Source of the DNA: a bacterium | GTDB taxonomy: Bacteria > UBA8248 | Length of the DNA: 64,000 bases | Assembly: GCA_965207065.1 (NCBI GenBank) | Contig: OZ242260.1 | Location: forward strand, 1,440,001 to 1,504,000 | Direction: 5' to 3' | Shown here: piece after piece, positions 49,389 to 61,018 of the stretch | How positions within the stretch are numbered: position 1 is the stretch's first letter | How the letters are laid out: the number at the start of each line of letters is the position of its first letter | Notes under the pieces: model-generated | Databases searched by the model: none | What the model saw: only the letters and a program-made list of their open reading frames with translations | Told to the model about the DNA's origin: nothing | Made by a program: the position numbers and the translations under genes

Positions 49389-52300
49389 TTAGAGTCCCAG
49401 CGTTGCGCAAAGCTCTTTCAGTTTTTCTTTGGGAGATTCGGGAATGTCGGATTCGATGAGCTTGTCGATGAGTTCTTTGCCCTTATACCACGCATGAGGG
49501 GGCGATTCACACCCGCCCAAATGGAGCAACAGCTTCGCAACCACCTCTGGATACCGCCGCCACAAATCGGAGTGGTTGATCTTATGAATTGACAAACCAC
49601 GTTGCATCGGCTCTTTCGGCATACGAACTGCCAAGACAATTGCTTCGGGAAATACGTCGCTCTTCAAATACGGCAGCCAATTAAGCATTTGCTCGATTTC
49701 ACCGACGTTGAGCGGCTTTGGTACACCCTTTAATCGGTTTTGCCAATAGCGCTTGAGCCAGCGTTTCCACAATGCTTGTTGTTTTTCTTCATTCATTCTA
49801 CGAAGAAGTTCGTGTATTCGTGATGCGAAATGACTCTGGTCCTCTTCATCAGAATTATTAAAGAATTCGGGAATCCAGTCCTGGATAGGATCATCGACAT
49901 AGTACACTAGCATGAGGGTATAGGCTTCGATGAAGCTTGCTCGTCGAGGTCCATAAAAAATTTCATTTTTGATCTGCGAAACCGCTTCAAGAAAAGGAGC
50001 CTTCATAAGCTCGGCCACGGGCGGGCTGAGGGACACATACCGAAAACCATCCCATACCGCCTGATAATCACTTATATTGTCATTTGCCATGAATAAAGCC
50101 AGCAAATTTTCTCTTGTCCATTTTTCATCGACTGTCAGCAAAAAGGGAAGTTGACTTACGAGAACAGAGCGCCCCAATCTTCCAGCCAACGATTTCTCTT
50201 GAACGATACGAGACAACGCGTCGAGATACTCACCACGGAGAGCATCAGGCTTAGAGTCTTGCGCTTTTCGCCGCAGAGAAAGACTCCCCAGCCAGAACTG
50301 GGCGAGCACGCCGCCGGGATGAACAATGGCTTGATTGTGCCAATTAGAAGAATTATCGGATGATGCGTCGCGGTCGAGATGTTCCCACAACCTCATGGCA
50401 ACCTCGTGGGCTTTGGGGAGTAACCTAGGCGTATAAGGCGCGCCGCCGCTCCTTACGAGCGTGTAAAGCACATCGGCAACTAAACGAGCGCATTCCTGGT
50501 ACAGTTCACCTCTACTCAGTCGGCAAAGCACTTCGCGGTGCTCGTCCTCAGTCAGTTCGTTCGACCACGAGCGGAGCAAGGGTTCCCAAAGATCGGAATC
50601 CCACACATCCCGCTTGGCTAATTCGTCTACCAAACCGATGCCCCACTCGAAATTCTGATTTGCCGCATCCTCGACAGCACGAACGAGTCCTCTGCGGTCA
50701 GGTCCGTCAAATCTCGACAAATCCGTTTCTTGAAAGGACAATAACTTGTTCACCCATTCCTCGGCTGGCCGAGACAGAAGTTCCTCGGTGCTCCAAGGGC
50801 TTTGAGAGCCAACCGACATCCTATGCCAGGATAATAGATCCGGATGTTCATACGGTTGGAAATCAGGATATTGCTCCGATACATCGTCTAGAGCTTCCTT
50901 GGCAAAAGGACAGTCCTGGTCGGCGCTATGAAGCCAGTGGAGCAGGCGAAAATGATGATAGGCAGTCGATTCCTCTTTGTCCTCGTCCTTTTTTATGGGC
51001 CAATGGAAAGCGTGCACAGCCTTGATAATGGCCTTTCGCCGTTTCGAGTCGGCTTCGGGATATGTTTGTTTCAAAAACACAAACACTTCATGATGCGCGG
51101 GAGTATCGTGCAAATCCATTCGAGTCAGAAACCAGTCGATTTTCTCGTTTGGGGTCAAATCTTCGCGTTTAAGCAATGTATGTACCGCCAATCGACGCAA
51201 AAGCGGCGCATCCAAATTGACGAGTTGGTCGCACCATCGCGCTGCCGCCTCCGGCCGATGTGACACCAGCCATTCCAGACAATCACGCGCCACATTTATC
51301 AGCATACTGATCGGTTCGTAGTATTCATCTTGTTCATGAGGTTCAATGGCGCTGCGGCAAAAACTCGACGGATCATAATCACGTGTCGCCGCCTGCCATG
51401 CGCAAAGCCTGCGGTGTTGCGCCGCCAAGTGTTCGACGACAGGCGCCAATAAAAGCTCTGCCACACGATCTATATTCGGCTTCAACCCCTTTTCCCAAAG
51501 TTCATTTAGCTCATACAAACTATGCGTCGACGACAACTCCACATAGATGGGCGGGTGTTGGTCGTCCGTATTTTCACCAGAAGAGGTAAAACCCGGTTTG
51601 ATTTCAAGATGACTCGTTGCGCAAGCCACGAAGATTTCAATGAGACTATTCACCAACCCCGCCTCAATGCAGCGCTCTCCCAAACATTGCAACAGGTGCT
51701 CGTCAAGATGTGCAGGAGCAGTGAAAAGCAACAACGAAACCCAACGCGATAAGGTATCCGCATCCAGAGGCGGATCATTTTGCAATCCAATCTTCCAGCC
51801 TAATCGAGACCAGAACTCTGGGTGCACACGCATTCCGTGTCGGCCAATCAAGAGAAAAAGTGCATCGGCATTTTCATATACGAATTTCTGCGCCAGCCAC
51901 CATGCCAATAGCTTATCTCGTTCGCAGATTTCACCGACGCAGAAGAGTCCGTCCAGATGCTTGCGCTCATCAAGCCAGTCGACCCATTCAGGTGATGAAG
52001 CGGCTTCGACGAAGAAACGCGTTTTCACTACATCCGACAGGGCTTCTTCAATGAGATCCATTTCTTCCTCGTTAAGGGAAGGCCGCTTCTCCGCTAGGTC
52101 AGTTATCTCGCGCTGCCAGTCCAGGATGCCGCGCGCCGCATAATCGGCAAAACCCTTAACGCCGTTGTAGAGATTTTTTTGTCGGTCGACGGTGGATAGA
52201 TAATCGGCTCGATGCCGAGCAGTCGCCACCGCGCCGCATCGGTCTCATCCGTGAGCGCGAAACGCCCTCCTGTTTCATCCACCGGCAACGCCCGAGCCAG

Positions 52301-52924
52301 ATAATTCATAATCGTATCGTTGTGGCTATAGCCGACGAAGAGAACGGTGAACGAACGGAACAAGTCGAGGAGAAAACGCCGCGCCCATCCCTCAGTCAGA
52401 TATGCGCGACCGAAATCCGCGTCCGTAAGCACCATGTCCACAGGATGGGTGACCGCGCCATGAACGTGAACTATGCCATTAAAGTCATGACCCAGAGGAA
52501 GCGCCGGTGCCCGAAACACTTCGAGCTTAGAGTCGAATATGTCCTCCGCCGCCTGTTCGAACAGCAGGTCGAAGTTAGTGGTGATAACCCGAATCGGTCG
52601 TGGCGCCGAGTAGAGTCTTAGCAGAGCACGATGCAAGTCGGTCGGTTTCGGATCATTTCTGAAAAGTTCTTCTTTCACCCGTTCATGTACGTTAACGCCC
52701 TTTTGCCGGAGTTTACCCAGAAAGCGGTCCTCAGTCTCATGCTCTCCTAGTTTTTCCCCGGTCCCTTGCGCAACTGCCAGTACCAGATCCCTGAAGTTCG
52801 GAAGATTCGCCGGTTCACCCATCGAAACACCCGCGCCCGCAAAGACGACCAAAGTCCCGTCACGCAAGGCGTCCAACAGTGGTCCGGGAAAATCAATGCC
52901 TGAAATCTTCACGCTTGTCTCCAA
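49389..52924 (-). pseudogene. SIR2 + DUF4020 defence-associated sirtuin (Dsr1-like), frameshifted at A7 run 52174-52180
   Basis: VFAGAGVS, ITTNFD, H.HG, FVGYS.ND in 52103-52924; helical C-terminus with WL..YW.NR..GVP in 49389-52229; one extra A joins the frames. Confidence 0.8.
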
Positions 52925-53090
52925 TGACTACCGGAGAACTATCGGCGGAGTTCCATGCCAAGATACTATGAGGGAATCATCAGTCTCACGCCAGTGACTA
53001 GTGCGGCCAATAATGATGGCTTTACCTTCCTGAACCACTCGGACCGGGGAATCCGAGTCACGAGTTGTCATTCTCTGAATTCGCACGATC

Positions 53091-53285
53091 TCACATTTCT
53101 TTCGCCGATTTACCAGGTAATTCGGGCGCGACTTCGGAGATAGTCCGGCTGATTTGCTCGATCTCTTCCTCTCGTCCGGCCTTCTCCATGTCGCGGATGA
53201 TGGCCTGCGCGGTGAACATGGCAGAGCGCAGGAGGTGAATTTCCGCCTCCGTGCGCGGCCATTCGCGGCGTTTCAGACCATCCAT
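53091..53285 (-). CDS. Small hypothetical protein
   Basis: MDGLKRREWPRTEAEIHLLRSAMFTAQAI..; start uncertain. Confidence 0.35.
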   Translation of the reverse strand: MDGLKRREWPRTEAEIHLLRSAMFTAQAIIRDMEKAGREEEIEQISRTISEVAPELPGKSAKEM

Positions 53286-53425
53286 TGTGAACTCGACCAC
53301 GAGCCGGTTCGGTGAAATGACACCCTGAACACAATAGGCAACTTCCGGTTTGAGCGCCAGATTGTGGCGTGGCGGGATCGTTCGTAATTTGCTCTTCGCC
53401 GCAAGGGATAATATTATTATGACAA

Positions 53426-53742
53426 ATGACACGTTCAACGAAGTCCCAGAAAGCCGAGCGGATCAACGCAGCCTACACGCTGCTCGAGCAGGGCGTCACG
53501 GCGAACGAGGCTGTAGCGCTGCTATCGCAGCGTTTCGGCGTATCGCAGCGGCAGTCCTACCGCTACGTTCAGCAGGCGGTAGCCATGGGCCGGCCGAGCC
53601 GGTCGAATCCCGGATTCCCATGACAATCAAGATTCCGGGCGCGTTGGCGCAAGCCCTGCGTATGCAGGCCAGAAGCAGCGGTCAGGCCATCGGGGACATC
53701 GTTGGACGGGCCCTGAGACGCTTTCTCCCGGATGTGGATTGA
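53426..53742 (+). pseudogene. Small HTH/RHH DNA-binding protein, frameshifted near 53600
   Basis: FGVSQRQSYRYV.A then, in another frame, TIKIP..L..ALR..A..SG..IG.IV.RALRRFL. Confidence 0.55.
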
Positions 53743-53897
53743 AATGGCTGCGCGTCGCCCGGGTTCGCGGCCCGGCGTTGAACTTGATTATCGATTCGAT
53801 CGCCTGTTCGCAGCCAGACTCCAGAATGCCTACGAGATACTGGTTCCTGATCAGGTCCACAAAATCCCTGCCCGAAGACATGACACAGGAGACGAGG

Positions 53898-55138
53898 ATG
53901 AAAGTCGCAGCCCTTTATGCGTGGGTCTCGGGCGAGCAGCAGAGGGAGAGCAACACGATCGCCAGCCAGACCGAGGCGCTGGTCGAATACGCCAGGAACC
54001 ACGGCTACAGCGTCGCGCCGGAGATGCTCGTCTAGGATGACGGCTACAGCGGCGCTGTTCTCGAGCGTCCGGGGCTGGAGCGGATCAGGGACCTCGCCGC
54101 GGAAGGGCGCTTCGATACATTGGTGGTTCATGCCCCGGACCGTTTGAGCCGCCGCTACGCCCACCAGATGCTGATCATCGAGGAGATGGCCCGCCAGGGC
54201 GTTGAGACCGTGTTCGTGAACGCGCCGTCGATGGAAACCCCGGAAGACAACCTCCTCGTCCAGTTCCAGGGCATGATCGCGGAATACGAGCGCGCACAGA
54301 TCCTGGAGCGTTCGCGTCGCGGCAAGCGTCATCGGGCGCAGCGTGGTGAAGTTGCGGTTCTCGGAGGCGCGCCTTATGGCTACCGCTACCACAAGAAAAC
54401 CTTCGAGAGCGATGCCTATTATGAAGTGCTCGAACCTCAGGCGTCGGTGGTTCGCGAAGTCTATCACTACTATACTCATGACCACATGAGCATTGGCGAG
54501 ATCACCCGCAAGCTCAACGAGCGGGCGGTGCCCACGTCCTCCGGTCGCGGACGCTGGGAGCGTTCGGCCGTGTGGGCGATGCTGCGCAACCCGGCGTACA
54601 AGGGCAAGGCGTGTTTCGGCAAGACCCGCCAGATGCCGCGAAAAATCGTGACCCGTCCCTTGCGATTGCGCGGCGGTGTGGCCGGCGCCACCACCGGCGG
54701 TCACGAGAAACCGCGTGAGGAATGGATCGAGATTCCAGTGCCGGCGATCGTCAGCGAGGAAACCTTCGCCCTGGCCGAAGAGCGGCTGGAGATGAACAAG
54801 GCCCGCGGGCCGCGCCGAACAAAGACGCCCAGCGTGGTGCAGGGGCTGGTCTCATGCGCCAAATGCGGCTATTCCCTGTATCGCACATCGACCCGGACGA
54901 GCGCCCGCACGATTTACTATTATCGCTGCCTGGGGCCCGATGCATGGCGGCATCTCAACGGGCCGGTATGCGACAATCGGCCGGTGCGCCAGGATCTACT
55001 TGACGAAGTTGTCTGGAGCGAAGTCGTCCGCCTTCTCGAGGATCCGAATCTGATCGGCGCCGAGATCGAGCGTCGGCTGGAGGCGGCCCGCGACTCCGAC
55101 CCCTGTCGGCAGCGCGAGACCGACTTGCGGCGCCGGTG
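53898..55138 (+). pseudogene. Large serine recombinase (resolvase + recombinase + Zn ribbon), TAG at 54033-54035, 3' truncated
   Basis: ALYAWVS..Q, DDGYSG..L.RPGL, DRLSR, AEYER..I.ER, PYGY, NPAYKG, C..CG, YYRC. Confidence 0.85.
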
Positions 55139-55510
55139 TTCGTCGTCGAGGGAGAGACGGCGGAGTTCAGGGTCAGGTTCCAGATACGGCCTTATTACCT
55201 TCGCTATTCGTACCGTACGGAAGATGAAACGGCGACGGGGGGTGAGGATTACAGTCCTGTCGAGGGCACGGTGGAGTTTGCTCCGGGAGATACGTCCCGG
55301 ACGGTTTCGGTAGCGACTCTTGCCGACGACGTTTCGGAGGGTCACGAGACTTTCAGGTTGGTGTTTGATAATCTCAAGATCAAAAACAAGGCGACGATCT
55401 ACGATGCCCTGCGCGGGAGCGGTCCGGAATGGCGTGACCCCGGCCCCGGCGAACTCGCTCTCTTCCCGGGGGAGTGGGCCCTGTACGCGGTGATCAGGGG
55501 GTCGAACTGA
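55136..55510 (+). pseudogene. Calx-beta domain fragment
   Basis: V.EG.T, Y.T.D.TAT.GEDY....GT..FAPG.T, DD..EG.ETF.L. Confidence 0.75.
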
Positions 55511-56285
55511 TTCGATCGCTGCGTAATCCCCGAGGCGGCCCCCGGCGCCGCCCGCGCGGAGCAGGACGGGCTTGACCCGGGATCCGGTCCGGAGCATTTC
55601 GTCCCTTTTGAGCGTAGCGCGAAGGTATGCGTCGCGATAGATACGTTTGATTTAGGCCGCGACTTCCGGCGGAAACTCCTTGAAAACGCTTGAGAGGCCA
55701 CCCGCGAACCGGATACAAGTGTCAGCGATCCCGGGAAGATACTAGCACCCCCGCCGAGCGCAAAGGAGGGTCCGTTTGATGGAATAAGGTGAAACCAGAA
55801 ATGGCTCATTGAGTCTGCTTCATGTGCTCCTGCAATTTACGTCCCTTGTCCGTCAGCTGATACCTCTGTTTACAGTTTTGAGGCTTGTCCGCGATTCCGT
55901 GAGGAAGACGTACGAAACCTTTTGAGGGAACGTACGACAGGTCAAAGTCGGATTACTTGGTCGTGAGGCACAGCCGCACTGTCGGACGCCGACTTTCTGG
56001 CCGGCCTATCCGGCACACAGGTCGGCCAAGATTGGTCGCCGGATGTTAGTGCGTGGAGACAAACCTTGGCCACATAGACGACCGCCTCGGTACGATACAG
56101 ACTTCGTGGCGTTGGTGGGCCCTTGATCGACGGGTACCCAGCCGCCACATTCTCGATGAGATCAACGAGGGAGTCGAACGGCTGTAGGATGGGGAGTCGG
56201 CCCGAGGAAGAAATTCTTAAACAACCGGGTTAGTGTCCTCGATATTGCAAAGATTTCGTTTCAGATAGCCAAAAGGAGAAAAAAC

Positions 56286-56744
56286 ATGGGGAAACGGGAA
56301 ATATTATCAATGCTCCTGTTCGTCTTCCTGCTGACAGGCTGCGGCGCATCGTTGCGCGACCTGCAGAACATGTCGGCAGATGACAGAGCCGATTATGTTT
56401 GCGAAAGGCGCCCAAAGGTCAAAGCCCTGTACAATAAGGTCAACGGGTCCGTCGATGCCGTCCAGAGAATCGAGAAGGCGCTAAGTTCAGGTTATTGGGA
56501 GCGACAGAAGTGCACAACATACCAATACCGGGACAAGAAAGGGTATCTCCAATCCTATAGACACTGCGTGTCCTTGAAAGGCTCCCCTGTCGACCAGCTC
56601 AGAGCGAAGGCAGCCCTATCCAGAGAGGGGGAACGACTCGCAGGGTACAAGGCGGTGCATCAGAAGGCGTTGGCCAACTGCAAGACACGAGTGATGAACA
56701 TGACCCCCGAGCGAGCATTCGACTACTACGAAGAGGGTAAATAA
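56286..56744 (+). CDS. Hypothetical lipoprotein
   Basis: AGGAG RBS; lipobox LTGC. Confidence 0.7.
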   Translation: MGKREILSMLLFVFLLTGCGASLRDLQNMSADDRADYVCERRPKVKALYNKVNGSVDAVQRIEKALSSGYWERQKCTTYQYRDKKGYLQSYRHCVSLKGSPVDQLRAKAALSREGERLAGYKAVHQKALANCKTRVMNMTPERAFDYYEEGK

Positions 56745-56836
56745 GAACGGGTATGTCCGATGATGAGCGGGCTATGGTAGGCTCCCTTACCGCTTTCGTG
56801 AATGGAGACGGACAGGTGAAAGGGGCAGTCACGGCG

Positions 56837-57661
56837 TCAGCGGAACCTCCACGTCCTGCCATCGCTCTTTCGGCGCTTCAGTATCTCGGCCCTGCGCAAC
56901 TGCAGTTCGGAGACCGCTGCTTTCTTCACTTTCTCGCTCAGTAGAATACCGACGAAGAGGTGCCTGAACGTTGCTCGCGTCACACCGTTTTCTTTCGCCA
57001 AGGCATACCAGATGTATGCCTCTTTCTTGTCGACCGACACCCCATCGCCAATGTCATACATCTGGCCGAGCCTGTACTGTGCGGAACCTTGACCGCGCAA
57101 AGCCGCCGGACGCAGCCAGCGCAAAGCCTTCTTCTTGTCCTGAGAGACTCCTTTCCCCTCTAAATACATCATGCCCAAGGCGGTTTGCGCTTGAGGCACA
57201 TCCTTTTCTGCCGCTTTCCGCATCCACTCAACCGCCTTCTTGAAGTCCCGTGGTAGAACGCCTTCCTCCCCGTTGTAGTACATGAAAGCGAGTTTTGCGT
57301 TCGCCAATCCGTCTCCTTTGTTCGCCGCTGAACGGAACAGCCTTAGTGCCTCGACCCTGTCCTGTCTTACCCCTTGGCCATTGTAATACATATTGCCTAG
57401 GTTGGCCTCCGCGCCAGGCCACCCCTGTGCGGCCGCTAGGCCGTACCATTTTAACGCCGCTTGCAGATCACGAGCGATTTCTTTGCCCTTGTGATACATT
57501 ACACCGAGATTGAATTGTGCGACAGGATCGCCCTTCTTGGCGTCACTCAATGTCGACTCGAAACGGGAGAGCTTGGCGGAACCAGCTGAGCATCCGCTCA
57601 GAAGAGTCGCTAACAACAGGGTCGCCGAAAGCGTACTCCAAAAGGCCTTTGCGTTTTTCAT
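56837..57661 (-). CDS. Sel1-like repeat lipoprotein
   Basis: LSGC lipobox; repeated AQ..LG.MY..G.GV.QD...A..W...AA.G. Confidence 0.9.
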   Translation of the reverse strand: MKNAKAFWSTLSATLLLATLLSGCSAGSAKLSRFESTLSDAKKGDPVAQFNLGVMYHKGKEIARDLQAALKWYGLAAAQGWPGAEANLGNMYYNGQGVRQDRVEALRLFRSAANKGDGLANAKLAFMYYNGEEGVLPRDFKKAVEWMRKAAEKDVPQAQTALGMMYLEGKGVSQDKKKALRWLRPAALRGQGSAQYRLGQMYDIGDGVSVDKKEAYIWYALAKENGVTRATFRHLFVGILLSEKVKKAAVSELQLRRAEILKRRKSDGRTWRFR

Positions 57662-58570
57662 CTATACCACCCCGATTGCAAGAACAAACAATATCAAACT
57701 ACTTCTATCAAATTAGTTGCGTGACATCCAGACACCCTCCGTCAATGATATATATAGTCTGCTCCACATGGCAGGCAGCTATTACCTAGAGAAGGCAAAC
57801 CGGTTGCGGACATATATCCGGTCTCTTGATGAGAGCGCTTCCACTTCCGGTCCCTGATGGATATCGCACACACCGGCCTCAAAAACCGAGCAGTCTTGAT
57901 GACCTTGACACTGACTAAGCTTTGGACGTGTCGGGTCAATCTGCCTGCTATCACTGAGATTATTTTTTTCTCATTCCAGAATTTATTCGCCACTTTGCGC
58001 CTATGCGTTGACGCTCTAATGGACCAAAAGACGGCGACCAATTCATCGTCTCGAACTGCGCTCTCATATTTGAAGAACCCGGCAAGTTCTTCATCGCAAG
58101 TTTTGCAACGGGGAAGGTTCGTCGCTTTGTCCTGGGAAATGATGCTCTTTGTAATTACGTCATTCAAATTCGATGATCAGACTATTTTGCTCTTCATTCA
58201 GGTGAAGTCCTAAACTTGCTGGAAACTATGGAGGGGGAGCGCTAGGCGAATTGGTGACAGTGCAGCCGGTGAGAGTCCGGCAGGAGGGAGAAGGCCAGCC
58301 ACCACCTCCACCCCGAGTCATGGGCCGCCACTCGCGAGGGTGGGGGCCAAGCGTTGACAGGGGCGCCGTGCGAGCGGGGCTATTGAGCACCGAAAGAATT
58401 ATTGTCCGGGATGTCGAGGTTTTCCCCTCAGCCGAAGACAGCATCCGACCCGCCGATATGGCGAGGCGTGCCGGAATCCCGCGGTGTCAAAGAACGCACG
58501 TACGCCCTCTTCCGGGACCTGGGAGGTCTCCATGTCACCCCGCCGTCGTTGCGGGGTCGCAGAGGGAAGG

Positions 58571-59458
58571 GTGCAGCGAGACTAGCTGCTGTGCTTGCGG
58601 GTGAAAGTCCCGCCGGCGCAATTCTCAGTTTGGCGCCGTAGTCATATCCGGCAGGCATTCGGGGCGACCCGGTGACCTGATAGCCCGGAAGTAAAAGCCT
58701 CGGGAGGCCGGGGAACCTTCGGGAACTCCAGGCCTGGTCAGCCCGCTGAGGCGAGCGAACAGGAGGGCCGTAGCGAGAGCGAACGGACTAGACGCCGAAA
58801 ACTGCGACCCGCGTGAAGCTGATTCGAGCGGAGTTATCGGAGTTGCCAAGGGTTTCTCCTTCCTACCTGATGGCCAGTGTCGATACGGAAGAACTGAGGC
58901 GCACGTATCGGAGCTCCCGGCGTAAGCTGAAGGCGGCAATCCTGGAAAGTACAGCAGTGAAAGTCCGGAAGGTGTGGAGGTTGGACAGGATGACCCTGTG
59001 AATGTCGAAGACCGTCTCTATAACCGGGGGAGCCGGGAAGTGAGACGGAGACCCCCACACTGGCGGATGAGGTCGCCAAGCGATGAAGGGTGGGACAACA
59101 TAACCCACCCGGAGCGAGGACCTCTGGGCACAGGCGGCGGAGCCGTTATGAGCATCCCGCACACAGAGGCGGGTTAACCGCTCTCTCAAATGGTGACGCC
59201 TGAGGACGGAGTAAACGTTGGACTCGCCGAGGGGTATGATGGGGTCGGTCTTAACCCCGGCGGTTCCGCGGAAGGCTCCGCTCCAAACTGGGAGGTGCCT
59301 GTTGCTTGAAGCCGTACCCGGGAAAACCGGACGTACGGAATTTCAGGGGGGACGCTGGAAACGTGGTCTATGGTGGAATTGCGCACCCACCCGCAATCGA
59401 AAGAGCGGGGTCGGACAAGCCTCCACCTAAGGATGCGCGCGCCAGTGTCCTACCCGAC
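58571..59458 (+). ncRNA. ORF-less group II intron nested in the outer intron (twintron)
   Basis: 5' GTGCAG; domain V GAAGCCGTAC..GTACGGAATTT; long domain VI ending CTACCCGAC; EBS1 CCTTCC and EBS2 CTGCGACCC match the upstream flank. Confidence 0.85.
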
Positions 59459-59629
59459 AGGAATCCGTAACCGATGATGAACGGCATGGAGAAGTCAGAC
59501 TTAAGTGTAGTAGCCGAGAAGCCGACGAACAAGGGGACGCGAGTTCTGGCGGAGTCGGTGGAGCGAAGGGCCGGGCCCGAGGGGAATCCGGGAAGCCAAA
59601 GCACGCGCCGGACACAGGGCCGGGAAAGC

Positions 59630-59961
59630 GTGTCACAAGCGGCCGACCGGATACGGCAATTCGTTGTACAGGAACCACGGAGCGTCTGACGACGCTTCTC
59701 CACCATATCACGGTCGATGCGCTGCGCTGGGCGTTCTTCGAGTTGAAGAGGGACGCTGCGGCGGGTGCGGACGGGATGACGTGGCGGATGTACGAGGAAG
59801 GGCTGGAAGGCCGTCTAGCCGACCTGCACGAGCGCGTACACACGGGAGCGTACCGGGCGACGCCGTCACGGCGGGTGAACATTCCGAAGCCCGACGGCGG
59901 GACACGACCGCTCGGCGTCGCGGCCATCGAGGACAAGATAGTCCAGAAGGCGGTGACGGAG
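59630..59961 (+). pseudogene. Group II intron RT, N-terminal fragment with frameshift
   Basis: VSQAADRIRQ / LTTLLHHI..AAAGADG.TW..Y / IPKPDGGTRPLG.AA.EDKIVQ.AV, then truncated. Confidence 0.85.
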
Positions 59962-60158
59962 CGAAACATCGCCGTTCACAAGTTCCGAGATTGTCGCTTG
60001 GCGTACGCCGAGTATCCGCGCCGCCGCCGTAACGCTCAACCCGAATTCCTCAAGTATTTCCAGGCAGATGAAGGCTCTGGGGTGCGAGGGTGGCATCCCC
60101 ATCTTGATGCCGCCGCTGTTCATCAGTGGTAGTCCTCCAGATTCAGACGCTCAATCTC
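59959..60158 (-). pseudogene. higBA toxin-antitoxin remnant (HigB tail + HigA N-terminal half)
   Basis: EIERLNLEDYH* overlaps (TGATG) with M..P.HP..I..EILEE.GLSVTAAARILGVRQATISELVNG. Confidence 0.75.
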
Positions 60159-60282
60159 GCTGTCTCGTGGAGGCCCCGATCGCCGAGCGGGCATACGGCT
60201 CGTATTTTCGGGAGAATTCGCGTTTCGCGGAGTTGCGCTCAGGCTTGGCGTGTGACTATTATGAGTCTAGGAGGCGTAACGC

Positions 60283-60583
60283 GATGGCTCTAAAGACGAT
60301 AGCGGCAGTGGTGGCCCTGGCGGCGACTTTCATGAGCGCACCGGCAACCGCGCACATACTGAAATCCTGCCATGCAAAATACAACCAACAAATAAAGGCA
60401 GCTCATTATGACGTGAAATCTGTGGAACGTGTCGTGAAGAAACATTTGAAAACAGAAGGATGGAGCGAAGACAAAGAAAAAATGAAAAAGATTGTACAAT
60501 TGCTGCTCCTGGAAAGAAAAAGGATATCCAATCTTGCGAATTTGGTAATCAAACTCGCGGCGTGCGGCAATAAGAAAAAATAG
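60283..60583 (+). CDS. Small secreted helical protein
   Basis: GGAGG RBS; signal peptide ending APATA; two Cys. Confidence 0.6.
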
Positions 60584-60690
60584 AAACCACAGCTTTCGAA
60601 CCAGTGGATTCCGATGAGTTGGATTGTCTGATCGGGAGATGGCCAAAGTTGAAAAATCTGAATTCATACCCATATAATAACCGCGCAAGT

Positions 60691-60710
60691 CCCCCCCCCC
60701 CCCCCCCCCC
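60691..60710. repeat. C20 homopolymer
   Basis: 20 consecutive C. Confidence 0.9.
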
Positions 60711-61018
60711 GAGAATCTCGGTACTAACTTTTTTCAGATCGGCATCGGAAAAGAACCACATGGAAATTCCGGCGCCGATACCTTTACAGGTTCCATTTCA
60801 AACCGTCCAGTCCACAGTTCGGCTTCGAACTTACGTCTCGGAAACCCTCTTGAGAACGGGCAACCATCAACCCTTGCGCCCAAGTTACGGGCAGAAAAAT
60901 GCTTAAAGCTGTTGAAATCAGGGTCTGTTCCTGGTCATTCGAGTTCAAGTATTCGGGAGCCTATCTTGTTCGTTCTTGCTGATGTGGTTGCCGAATTAAC
61001 CACAACCAAGAGAATAAA

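Larger units (their letters stand above)
58237..59961 (+). mobile_element. Outer group II intron, 3' truncated, hosting a nested intron
   Basis: 5' GAGCG; loop CCCCTC is complementary to exon GAGGGG (58231-58236); GGACCTGGGAGGTC; GGAGAAGTCAGAC..GTAGTAGCCG; RT N-terminus follows. Confidence 0.75.

Noticed and set aside
53300-53340. CVQGVISP resembling the RT QGGVISP motif
   Set aside because: Too short, with no other RT motifs nearby
43948-54035. In-frame TAA/TAG stops (43948, 44305, 46631, 54033) as recoding
   Set aside because: They lie in otherwise decayed mobile genes, not at Cys positions, and backbone genes use TAA/TAG as normal stops
57742-58213. ORFs 57742-58167 (-) and 57857-58213 (+)
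   Set aside because: No recognisable motifs or RBS; probably decayed sequence
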